DNA of 64,000 nt from NCBI RefSeq assembly GCF_036971445.1, contig NC_091478.1, positions 79,918,001 through 79,982,000 of the forward strand, given 5' to 3'. The DNA is from Narcine bancroftii (Eukaryota). Below are positions 35,340 to 46,822 of this stretch, piece by piece (the first letter of the stretch is position 1; each line of letters opens with the position of its first letter). The translations under genes were made by a program, and so were the position numbers. The notes below the pieces were generated by a model, which saw nothing but the letters and a program-made list of their open reading frames with translations, ran no database searches and had not been told where the DNA came from.

Positions 35340-36710
35340 TAAATTTAATACTTTTATTAATCAAAGTATTGAGTATAGGAGTTGAGAAATTATGTTGACA
35401 TTGTTTAAAGCATTGTTGAGGCCAAATTTAGAATATTGTGTGCAGTTTTGGTCACCTAACTACAGGAAGGATATCAATAAGATTGAAAGAATGCAGAGAA
35501 GATTTACTAGGATGTTACTAGGAGTTGTGTTATAAGGAAAGATTAATCACGGTAGGGCTTTAGTCCTTGAAGCAAAGAAGAATGAGGGGAGATTTGATAG
35601 CGGTTTACAAGATCATGAGAGGTATAGACAGAGATTTAGATTGTGGGAGATAAATGTGAGAGGTTATAGTTTTAAGATGAAAGGGGAAAGGTTTAGGGAG
35701 AACATTAGGGGAAAGTTCTTCACTCAGAGAGCAGAGGGAGTGTGGAATGTGCTGCCTGCCATCTGGTATGGTGAATGTGGGCACGATAAATTGGATAGAT
35801 ACATGGATAGGATAGATCTGGAGGGTTACAAAATGGGAGCAGGTCAATGGACTAGTGAAATAATGGTCAGTACAGACTAGAAAGAGCTAAATGACCTGTT
35901 TTCTGTGCCATAGCATTCTATGGAATAGAACGTTGTTCCTCTAGATGGTATTGGGCCTTGCACTGAAAATGGAGGCCAGTGTGGGAATAGGAAGTGGATT
36001 TGAAATGGCATGCATCAGCGAGCTTGGGGTGGCCATTGTGGACAGAGTACAGATGTTTTTCAAAAATATCCTTGGGTTTGTGCTTGGTCTCACCGATATC
36101 AAAGAAACCATATGGGGAGCACAGAATGTAGTTGATGAGGTTGGAGGGGGTTCTCATTGAAAGGCTTCCTCTTATCACCTTTTGTTGGTCTGGACTCTGC
36201 CACCAATTCTTCAGCCTTTATTCAGATGCCTTCCTTTTTTTTTGCTTATACCTTAAGGAAGGGCACAAAAGATAGTGGATACAGCCAGTACATCACAGGC
36301 AAGATCCTCCCTACTCTTGAGCACATCTACAGGGAACACAGCCATTGAAGAGCAGCAGCAATCATATAGACCCTTACCACCCAGAACCCACTCTGTCCTT
36401 GCTGCTACCATCAGGAAAGAGCTATAGGTGCCACAAAACCCACATCACCAGGTTCAGGAACAGCTGCTCCCCCTCCACCATCAGACTCCTCAATGACAAA
36501 CTCAATCAGGGACTCATTTAAGGACTCTTACTTGTGTACTTTATTGATTTTCTTTTTGTTCTCTCTGTATTGCACAGTTTGTTTACAGTTCTTTGATTGT
36601 TTACATGTTTTATGCTATGTACAGTTTTTTTTTGCAGTACCAATTACAAGTAATTCTGCCGTGCCCGCAGGAAAAAGGAATCACAAGGTTGTATCTGACA
36701 ATAAATCTGA
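35340..36710. mobile_element. Cluster of CR1 3' end (+, 35340-35920), Penelope fragment (-, 35925-36260) and Rex1-type 3' end (+, 36270-36710)
   Basis: CR1 LEYCVQFWSPNYRKDI; Penelope LINYILCS..IGETK; Rex1 HPEPTLSLLLPSGKSYR..TRFRNS. Confidence 0.75.
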
Positions 36711-36948
36711 AATGTTGGTAATACGGTATTTCTTTACCTCTTATGGATGCTGTGAAACCAGCTGAGTTCTTCCAGCATTTCTGCGTGTTCTTACTACAAT
36801 CATAACTGCAGTCTTTTGTGTTTCACTCTCATGAAAGGTTATCAACTTGAAATACAAATGCTTATGGAGCTACCGAATATTTCCAGCCTCTTCTGTTATT
36901 ATCAAAAGATGTGTATAAGATTATAAGAAGTTCAGATGAGGTAGATAA

Positions 36949-37466
36949 AGAAAATACCACCCCTTAAAGGAATTTGAGATATGCAGATTTAAGATTTTGA
37001 GTGATAGATGCTAGGAACATGTGAGGGACTTTTTGTACTGAGGGGTGAAGGCTTGAATCTTGCAGCTGCAAGAAGTGAGGAATATCAATAATTTCAAAGG
37101 TAAGTGGACAACACATGAAGAAAATACCACCCCTTAAAGGAATTTGAGATATGCAGATTTAAGATTTTGAGTGATAGATGCTAGGAACATGTGAGGGACT
37201 TTTTGTACTGAGGGGTGAAGGCTTGAATCTTGCAGCTGCAAGAAGTGAGGAATATCAATAATTTCAAAGGTAAGTGGACAACACATGAAGAAAATACCAC
37301 CCCTTAAAGGAATTTGAGATATGCAGATTTAAGATTTTGAGTGATAGATGCTAGGAACATGTAAGGGACTTTTTGTACTGAGGGGTGAAGGCTTGAATCT
37401 TGCAGCTGCAAGAAGTGAGGAATATCAATAATTTCAAAGGTAAGTGGACAACACATGAAGAAAATA
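36949..37466. repeat. 170-bp tandem triplication within a decayed CR1 3' end
   Basis: aaaataccaccccttaaagg recurs at 36951, 37121 and 37291; only one substitution seen between copies. Confidence 0.95.
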
Positions 37467-37740
37467 GCTTGGACCCTGGGATGGAGCGAGATAATTGATT
37501 GGCTGAATCATATGACAGAATTGGAATTGAGCCAATGGGATGATTGGTTTCCTGTGGTGTGCTGATTCTATGCATCAATGAAAAATTGTTGCTAAGTACT
37601 GTATTACGTTAGAAAATTATGAATCATTTATCCAAACCTAGCCACAACAACATGTCAAATCCTGTTATTTCAAGTTTTTCAGTTGTGTTTTTGACAGATA
37701 TTGATAACAAGGATAATGGATTTATTGTCATATACATTCT

Positions 37741-38930
37741 CTTCTTCTTTGGCTTGGCTTCGCGGACGAAGATTTATGGAGGGGGTAAAAAGTCCACGTC
37801 AGCTGCAGGCTCGTTGGTGGCTGACAAGTCCGATGCGGGACAGGCAGACACGATTGCAGCGGTTGCAAGGGAAAATTGGTTGGTTGGGGTTGGGTTTTTC
37901 CTCCTTTGTCTTTTGTCAGTGAGGTGGGCTCTGTGGTCTTCTTCAAAGGAGGTTGCTGCCCGCCAAACTGTGAGGCGCCAAGATGCATGGTTTGAGGCGT
38001 TATCAGCCCACTGGCGGTGGTCAATGTGGCAGGCACCAAGAGATTTCTTTAGGCAGTCCTTGTACCTTTTCTTTGGTGCACCTCTGTCACGGTGGCCAGT
38101 GGAGAGCTCGCCATATAACACGATCTTGGGAAGGCGATGGTCCTCCATTCTGGAGATGTGACCCACCCAGCGCAGCTGGATCTTCAGCAGCGTGGACTCG
38201 ATGCTGTCGACCTCTGCCATCTCGAGTACTTCGACGTTAGGGATGAAAGCGCTCCAATGGATGTTGAGGATGGAGCGGAGACAACGCTGGTGGAAGCGTT
38301 CTAGGAGCCGTAGGTGGTGCCGGTAGAGGACCCATGATTCGGAGCCGAACAGGAGTGTGGGTATGACAACGGCTCTGTATACACTTATCTTTGTGAGGTT
38401 TTTCAGTTGGTTGTTTTTCCAGACTCTTTTGCGTAGTCTTCCAAAGGCGCTATTTGCCTTGGCGAGTCTGTTGTCTATCTCATTGTCGATCCTTGCATCT
38501 GATGAAATGGTGCAGCCGAGATAGGTAAACTGGTTGACCGTTTTGAGTTTTGTGTGCCCGATGGAGATGTGGGGGGGCTGGTAGTCATGGTGGGGAGCTG
38601 GCTGATGGAGGACCTCAGTTTTCTTCAGGCTGACTTCCAGGCCAAACATTTTGGCAGTTTCCGCAAAGCAGGACGTCAAGCGCTGAAGAGCTGGCTCTGA
38701 ATGGGCAACTAAAGCGGCATCATCTGCAAAGAGTAGTTCACGGACAAGTTTCTCTTGTGTCTTGGTGTGAGCTTGCAGGCGCCTCAGATTGAAGAGACTG
38801 CCATCCGTGCGGTACCGGATGTAAACAGCGTCTTCATTGTTGGGGTCTTTCATGGCTTGGTTCAGCATCATGCTGAAGAAGATTGAAAAGAGGGTTGGTG
38901 CGAGAACACAGCCTTGCTTCACGCCATTGT
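37741..38930 (-). mobile_element. Young 5'-truncated RTE-clade LINE with uninterrupted RT C-terminal ORF (37774-38922)
   Basis: GVKQGCVLAPTLF..LLFADD..FTYLG..LERFHQRCLRSIL..RLPKIVLYGEL; (GAA)n tail. Possible TSD tatacattct / tatacaatct. Confidence 0.95.
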
Positions 38931-39976
38931 TAATTATACAATCTATATATGCACCAAAATTCTTCCTTGCTTCAATTTTGTATTTAAAAATACAAAAACA
39001 ATCAAAATCAACACAATAATACTTAATTGGATAAAGGGACGATAAATTTTAAAAATAATAAATATTTATGCATAAAAAAAACTGACATTAATGGTGCAGA
39101 CAGTCCTTTTGTGGTGTTGGAGTCGTCCCTGATTAATGCATAAAGGGGAGGTTCAAAAGCCGTCAGCTGAAGTGGTGAATGCGAGCTTAATTTTAATATT
39201 TAAGAAAAGTTTGGACAGGTATGTGGATGGGAGGGACACGGACTGGGTGCAGGTCAGTGGGACGAGACAGAATAGTTTGGCACAGACTAGAAGGGCCAAA
39301 GGATCCTTTTTTTTTTCGCTATAATATTCTTCAGTTCCTTATTGGATCAGTCATTGATCTTGTGAACTAATTGGCATGGGTAAAAATTTAATTGTGAAAT
39401 TTCAATGCAAATGTTGCCATTGTTATTCTTTGTTGTGACTGCCTGATCGACTTTTGTTGTATCTATACACCTCTTATATGAATACAATAGAGGAAATGAA
39501 GAAAAAATAATTTTAATTGAAGAGTCAGCCTGAGGAATTCTGAACAATAGTTCTTAATTTAAACATGTAAAGGTGTATAGTAATCTATCCAGATTACAGT
39601 AGACTTGAAATCATACAAATCAATGATGCAGACAATGTTAAATTTTGCTCATTGTTTCTCCATAACATCCTATAAATAATGGTGTTTCAAGTATTCATCT
39701 GGATATTTTCTGTATGTGGTGAAAATTAACTACCTATTTCTTCAGTGAGTTCCAGACTTCAACTAATCTTTGGATAAATTTATTTTCCTCAATTTTCCTA
39801 TAATTTCACCACCCATTATTCCAAATCATGCCCACTTTATAACATAATTGTTTAGAGAAATAATTTATTCTAATCTATTAATTTGATAAAGTTAATGCTA
39901 TTAGACTTTTAATTTAACCAATTAAATGTTCAACAGAAAAATGAGGTCTTTCTTTCCTTGCACACAAACGTAGATG

Positions 39977-40274
39977 TGTAGCGGCGGCTACTCTGCTCCT
40001 GCAATAGCACACCCACAGCCGAACGGGTTGAGCGCAGTGAGCAGACTACTTTATTGCAGGCTGCTGGGCTGCACTTATACTCCCAGCCCGGACCTGGCTG
40101 AGAACCGCGCTGGAGGGCGCTGACGTCACCCAGGCATCACGTGGTCCCCCAGCGCAGGTTTCTGAGCCCCGTGCTGGAAGGAAGGGAAACTCCAACGGTG
40201 CCATTTCAGCCGGCTGCCCCGCCGCGTGGTTTACGAGTGGGGCCGGTTCGCCTGCCTCGTGGTGAGCTGTCACA
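39977..40274 (-). mobile_element. Young CpG-rich solo LTR (298 bp) with 4-bp TSD GATG
   Basis: TG...CA termini (TGTAGC / GTCACA); GATG at 39973-39976 and 40275-40278. On the minus strand, TATAAG (~40079) precedes AATAAA (~40054). Confidence 0.85.
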
Positions 40275-40727
40275 GATGAAGTTTTACAAGTACAATTTAT
40301 AACTAATTACATTGTTTTCATTATCAGGCTAGCATTTGCAAATACATAAAACATTAGCAATGTTGATTTGCATGTTCAGTTAAAAATTCTAATTTGACGG
40401 AAATCCCTGATACAATGGACTTCTACTGTCAGGTACAAGGGTTGTTTATGAGTACAGTATTTCACCATAGTAGAGGCAAGCATGCACTAAACATACAAAA
40501 TTATTTTAACCCTTAGTAGCCTGAAATATATTTGCTCTTCTACACTTGTCTTCATGATGAGGATAAATCTCATTTGTGCATAAACAATTGTGTTTTACTA
40601 TACAATGTTTCAAAGATAGTTTAAAATGGCCATTTATTTTCTTACAATATGTAATTTTTTGCTTGAGAAGAATTGCTTTTGGCCCATTTCCTTTGGAGTT
40701 ATGAAACTGTGCACATAATGATTAAAA

Positions 40728-41072
40728 CAGTGATTTTCAAACTCCACCCCCCCACCAATCATGAGCACCTATGGGATAGGTAAAACACTGGATTCTGTTG
40801 ACACTGTGGTTAAGTGAATAAACACTCAAATGCTGCAGACACTCAGCAGGTCAAGCAGTGCCTTTATGTAGCAAAGGTGAAGACTCATCACCCACGTTTG
40901 GGGCTGGAGCCCTTCATCAAGGTGTGGAGGAACATTCTCATATTCACCTTCGCTACATAAAGGCACTGTTGGGTCTGCTGAGTTTCTCCAGCATTTGCGT
41001 GTTTTTTCACCTATGGCATAGGGATTACTTAAGGTGGTATGTGAGTGGAGAGATAAAGTTTGAAAACCACTA
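40728..41072. mobile_element. hAT-type MITE interrupted by a Penelope-derived repeat
   Basis: TIRs cagtgattttcaaact / agtttgaaaaccacta; internal aaatgctgcagacactcagc...gagtttctccagcattt repeat. No clear TSD. Confidence 0.6.
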
Positions 41073-42966
41073 TTACACCAGTCTGGTTTTGAGTCATTTA
41101 GTGTTGTTAGGTATTCAAAGAGCTTTCATTGACTTAGATCAAAATTGGATATTAGTCCATATTTTAATTGATATAGCTGTTCAAATTCTTCTGAGTAATG
41201 TGTGAATTAATTATTAAAATGAATGTAGATCAGTTTAGATCATGGGAGAGCAGCTTTAATGGAGCGGTCTCCGGTTTGATTCGTTATGTGTTGTAATTTT
41301 TTGTAAAAGTATCAAAGAGCAGTCCTGCATAATTTTGGGAGAGAACAAGATGGGAATAGAGCCAACAACATTTTCATCAACTCTTTGGTACCAGCTGGTA
41401 ATGTGACAACATTTGCTGTCTCTGTATATGGTTAATTGAATAATGAACAAAGGTAACACTGCAATATCACAACATGGCACTGTGGCTACAAAGAAATCTA
41501 GCACCCCTGTGCATTTGCAAAATTTGAATACCAATAATTCCTTTCTCCCTCTGTGATGGTGCATTAGATTTATTAGCAATTAAGAAGCTTTGCAAGGCAG
41601 CCTGTTGAGAAGTTTCATCTGTTTGCATTTTGTCTCACCACACCCATGTGACAAATTTATCTTCCCCACCTGATAGTCATGTTCTTTCCCTGCTGTTGTA
41701 GCTTTGTTGTTTGATGCATTGATGGTCTTCCCCATGTTTTCGTGCAGGATTAAAGAGCTTGATTTATTTGCCCATTCTATTTTTCACAAGGAAATACTTT
41801 TTAAAAGTTGCTCTTATTACCCCATGGATAATCAGTTGTAAGCAAACTGGCCTCATTTTGTCATTGTCAGAGACCCTTTCCATGGACTCCTCAAACTCAA
41901 TGCACATCAAAGTTTTTCAACTTTTAAACATAAAGATAATAAGAAATGATTAAGTAGCTATAATTATGTATTTTAACATTTTGAGTAAAGAGAGGCAAAA
42001 TTACATATTTACAAGGGAAGTTGAACTGGCAGAACCCATCTGAACATTCATATAACAGTGCTTGGTTCAAGAGTTCTGAGCAAAACATCAGACACTCAAT
42101 AATATATTACACTTGCAAATCTTTGATATACAAAATCACTCATATTATGTGAGAGAACATGTCCTGAACTCTTAAGTGGCAGATATATATTTAACAAAGT
42201 CTGAACATAATGTCCTTCACCCAATAATTACAAGAGTTGGTCACAGCGTGCATGTCATCATGAGTGTTTCAATGAAATCTGATTAACATCAGATTAATTA
42301 CATGTGTGGGCCGAGAAATAGAGTTAATCCAGACAAGTATGATGTGTGGAATTTTGTGGTTAAATGCAAATGGCAAGTGGATAGTTAATGTCAGTACTTT
42401 TAGCAACATTGATATGCAGTGGGATCTTGGGGTTCATGCCCATAGCTCATTGTCAGTGGCCATATAGGTAGATAGGAAGTAAAGGATTCGTCAGGCCACT
42501 GAGTATGAGAGTAAGGAAGTCATATTGCAGCTATATAAAACATTGGTTGGGCCGCATTTGGTGGATTATTTGAATTGATACTTACTGTATCAAAATAATT
42601 CTGTCACCCACAACTCTTGATTAATTCCTCATAGAACACAACCTTTTGTAGTCCAAGTATCATTTAGCATATCTATACTGCATTCCCTCAAAGGTCTAAC
42701 CCAACATTTCTGAGGTACAATGCCCAAATTTGCCTGTTCTACTTGGGATGTGGTCCAGTCAAAGTTAAGCACAACAATGTTACACTTACTAGAGATGTAA
42801 TTTCAATGCATTCTTCTGTACCTGCCAATGCTATTTTAATAATCTATGCATATGAAGCCACAAGTCAGCCAGTGCCCACCCCACAACTTCCTGGTTAACA
42901 CATTCAGAAATCTTCAACAGGAAGATTTGTTTATATTGAAATTAATTTGCCACAATGTGCCCATTT

Positions 42967-45432
42967 AACATAGAACACAACAGCAAAGTACAGGCCTTTC
43001 AGCCCTCAGTATTGTGCTGTCCCATATATTCCTAAAAAAAGTAACAAACCCTCCCTATCCTATTACAATCCACTTTTCCTCCATCCATGTGCCTGTCCAA
43101 GAGTGTCTTAAATTCCCCTAATGTTTCAGCCTCCACTACTAGCCTACAACATTCTAGGCATCCACAACTCTGGTTGAAAAAACTTATCCTTGATGTCTCC
43201 TCTAAATTTCCCTCCTTTCACTTTGTACATACAGTATGTCCTCTGATGTTTGCTTTTCCTGCCCTGGGAAACAAGCTCTGGCTGTCCACTCTATCTATGC
43301 CTCTCATAATAAAGTCTCCTCTTATCCATCTATACTCCAAAGAAAAGTCCCAGCTCTGCTAACCTTGCTTCAAAACTTGTTTTCCAAACCAGGTAACATC
43401 TCTCTCCATAGCTTCCACATCCTTCCTATAAAGAAGTGACCAGAATTGAATGCAATGCTCTAGTTGTGGTCTTTCCAGAGATTTGTAGAGTTGCAACTTA
43501 ACCTCTCAACTCTTGAACTCAATCCACCTATTAATGAAGCCCAGCATGCCATAGGTCTTCTTAACTATTCTATCAACCTTTCCAGCGACCTTAAGGGATG
43601 TATGGATTTGAACCGCAAAGTCCCTCTGTTCATCCACATTCTTAAGTCATTAATCCAACCATTAACCCTGTACTCAGCCTTTTGGTTTGTCCTTCCAAAA
43701 TCCATCACCTCACACTTATCTGGATTGAACTCCATTTGCCATTATTCCGCTCAACTCTGCATCTTGTCTATATCCTTTTGTAACCTTTGACAACCTCCAG
43801 CTCCATCCACAACTCCTCCAACTTTCATGTCATCTGCAAACTTACTGATCTATCCTTTCGCCTCTTCATTCAGGTCATTTATGAGAGTGGGGGGCCCAGA
43901 ACAGATCCTTGTGGCACTCCACTAGTCACTGACCTCCAAGCAGAAAAGGGTCTTTATCAATTCGTCATTGATGGAGACCCTTTTCATGGACTCAAAGCAC
44001 ATCGAAGTTTTTCAACTTTTAGACAAAGATAAAAACAAATAATTATGTAGCTATAATTATATACTTTAACATTTTGAGAAACGAGAGGTAAAATTACTTC
44101 CTTCCATTTTAGGTATACCCTGCTTTACGAATACTTGAATTATGAAAATTCGCTTGTATGAAGAAATCAGTGTTTGCTTTTACAAAAGGATTTGAACAGG
44201 TTTTCAGTTTTATGAAAATAGTCTCCAATAGTCGTGAATGGGTTGTTGCTTTATGCCACTTTGGCTTACAAAAGGTTTCCCAAGAACACTTGTTTTGTAA
44301 AGCGGGGTATACCTGTACTACTTTTTGCTTTCTACATGCAAGCCAATTTTTTATCCATACATTGATCCCATGCCTCACAAATTTCTGGATGAGACTCTCA
44401 TATGGGACCTTGTCAAATGCCTTACTAAAATCCATGTAGACCACATCTACTGCCCAACCCTCATCAATTTCTTTTGTTGCCTCATCAAAAAAACTTAATT
44501 AGGCTCATGAGGTAAACCTTTCTTTCACAAAGCCATGCTGACTATCCTTGAGTAGACTGTATTTCTCCAAATGCTCATAGATCCTATCCTTAAGAGTCCT
44601 CTCCAATAGTTTGCACACCACTGATGTAAGACTCACCAGTCTATAACTCCCAGGATTCTCCCTTTTACCTTGGCTGGAGAATGGGCAGAATTGGCTGATC
44701 CAGGTTCTGGGGTTTAGGTGTTTTAATAGGAATAGAATGGGAGGTAGAAAAGGAAGAGGAATAGCATTACTGGTCAGAAATAGCATCATGACTATAGAAA
44801 GGGAGGGTGCTGCAGAGGGACTGTCCATTGAGTCAGTGCGGGTGGAAGTCAGAAATAGATAGGGAGCAAACTGTGCTAGGAGTTGTCTATAGACCCCCAA
44901 ATAGCCCCCAGAACACTGAGGAGCAGATAAGCAGTCAGATCTTGGAATGGTGCAGCAAATATAGGTTGTCGTTATTGGGTGATTTCAACTTCCCTAATAT
45001 TGACTGGCTCCTCCTGACTGCAAGAGGGACAGATGGGGATGAACTTGTCAGGCATGTTCAAGAAGGATTCCTGACATAGTATGTGGACTGGCCGACAAGA
45101 GGAGAGGCCGTACTAGATCTAGTTCTGGATAATGAACCTGGTCAAGTGGTGGATTTCTTGGTGGCAGAGCTTTTTGGTTAGAGTGACCACAACTCCTTTG
45201 GCTTCAGCATAGCTATGGAAAAGGATAAAAACACACAAAATAGTTAAGTGCTTAAGTGGAGAAGAGCTAATTATGAAGGGATGAGGCAGGAACTAGTGAG
45301 AATAAATTGGAAACATGTTCAAGGGTGAAAGCACAGAAGTAATGTAGAGGAAGTTTAGGAGCCACTTGTGCTGGGTTCAGGATAGGTTTGTCCCACTGGG
45401 ACAAGGAAAAGATGGGAGGAAAAGGAAACCAT
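42967..45432 (-). mobile_element. CR1 LINE with inverted 5' segment: minus-strand RT/3' end 42967-44668 joined to plus-strand APE endonuclease 44669-45432
   Basis: Minus strand: YRLVSLTSVVCKLLE..SQHGFVK, YMDFSKAFDKVP. Plus strand: LGVVYRPPNS..LGDFNFPNIDW..LDLVL..SDHN. Confidence 0.85.
44110..44315. mobile_element. Tigger/pogo-type MITE
   Basis: TIRs AGGTATACCCTGCTTTACG / TGTAAAGCGGGGTATACCTG|TA, inserted in CR1. Confidence 0.8.
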
Positions 45433-45579
45433 GAAATACACATATTTCAATTCCACTAACTGGCTATATTAATGTTTTGTCCACATTCTGACCTTCCTCA
45501 CAAACTCAGAACATATGGCATCATGCTTTTGACCTTCTGCCCTAAACTCTGCACTCATATTCGGATTCCCACCCCCCTG

Positions 45580-46339
45580 CCAAACTAGTCTAATCCCTCC
45601 CCAAAAGCTCTAGCAAACCTTCCCGCCAGGATATTGGTCCTTTTCCATTTTAGTTGCAGCCTGTCCTTTTTGTGCAGGTCAGATCTTCCCCAGAAGAGAT
45701 CCTAATGATCCACAAATCTGAACCCCTGCCCTACTCATTGATCTGCCATAACTTCCTTTTCCTACCCTCTCTGGTGCATGGCACAAGCAGAAATCGTAAG
45801 ATTACCACCGTTGAGGTCCTGCTTTATAACTTTTTTATTAACTCATTTTTTTAAACTTTATTTATTCGTTCAAAAAACAAACAATATATGACATACAGCA
45901 ATTAAACATGAACATGAACATTTTTTTTATATATGTAAAAAAGAGAACAAAAAGAAAAGAAAAGACCCCCCCTTCAGCCAACACTTCTAAGGAGAGCCAT
46001 AAAAAAAGAAAGAATATTAAAAAAATTAAATATACATATTAAAATCTAATCAATATAAATTGAAGTGTAAATATCCTGAGTATAACAGCCACTTATTAAT
46101 TTAAAAAAATCATAATTATCATGCAAAACATATGTAATTTTTTCCATTATTAAACAATTATGCCATCTATTAAAATCAATCATATTTGTATCTTTCCATT
46201 TATTAACTCTCTATTTTCCCTCTTCAGGACCTCATCACCATTCCCATCTATGCAATTGGTCCCCACCTGATGACAACATCTGGCTTCTCCCCCGCCAGAA
46301 TGCTGTGAACTCAATCAGATGTCCCTGACCCTGGCACCT
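45580..46339 (-). mobile_element. CR1 ORF1 (esterase-like) fragment
   Basis: Reverse-homologous to the CR1 ORF1 at 50150-50490. Confidence 0.75.
45845..46198 (-). mobile_element. L1/Tx1 3' end with 11-bp TSD tttattaactc
   Basis: TSD at 45834-45844 and 46199-46209; reverse complement of 23140-23490. Confidence 0.85.
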
Positions 46340-46650
46340 TGTGATAGTTGTGCCCCTGTCAAGGTACAAAAAAGTACAACCAACCACACAGTACAATTCA
46401 AACAGACTTTATTCTAATAATGCTAGCAGGAATGAGCAGTCTGTAGTGTTGGATCAACACCAAGACTGGTCTCATTCAAAAGAGCAGTCACAGGGTACAA
46501 TATTTAAGGTATTTTCCTGAAATTGATATAATTTCTTTGAATGTACTGTTATGTTTTACATTTTACATATCCGCTTCCTAAAGATAGGGAAATGATTTGT
46601 TGTCAGTCATTTATTCTCCAGTACAAGTCATAATTAAGAGACATGCTTCT

Positions 46651-46822
46651 GACAAAAGAGGAAAAACCCAACACCCAACCCCAACCAACCAATTTTCCCC
46701 TGCAACCGTGTCTGCCTGTCCTGCATCGGACTTGTCAGCCGCAAACGAGCCTGCAGCTGACGTGGATATTTACCCCCTCTATAAATCTTCATCCGCGAAG
46801 CCAAGCCAAAGAAAGAAAGAAG
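46651..46822 (+). mobile_element. RTE-clade LINE 3' end (short copy)
   Basis: Reverse complement of the 5753-5926 and 37741 copies; GAA-rich tail. Confidence 0.9.
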
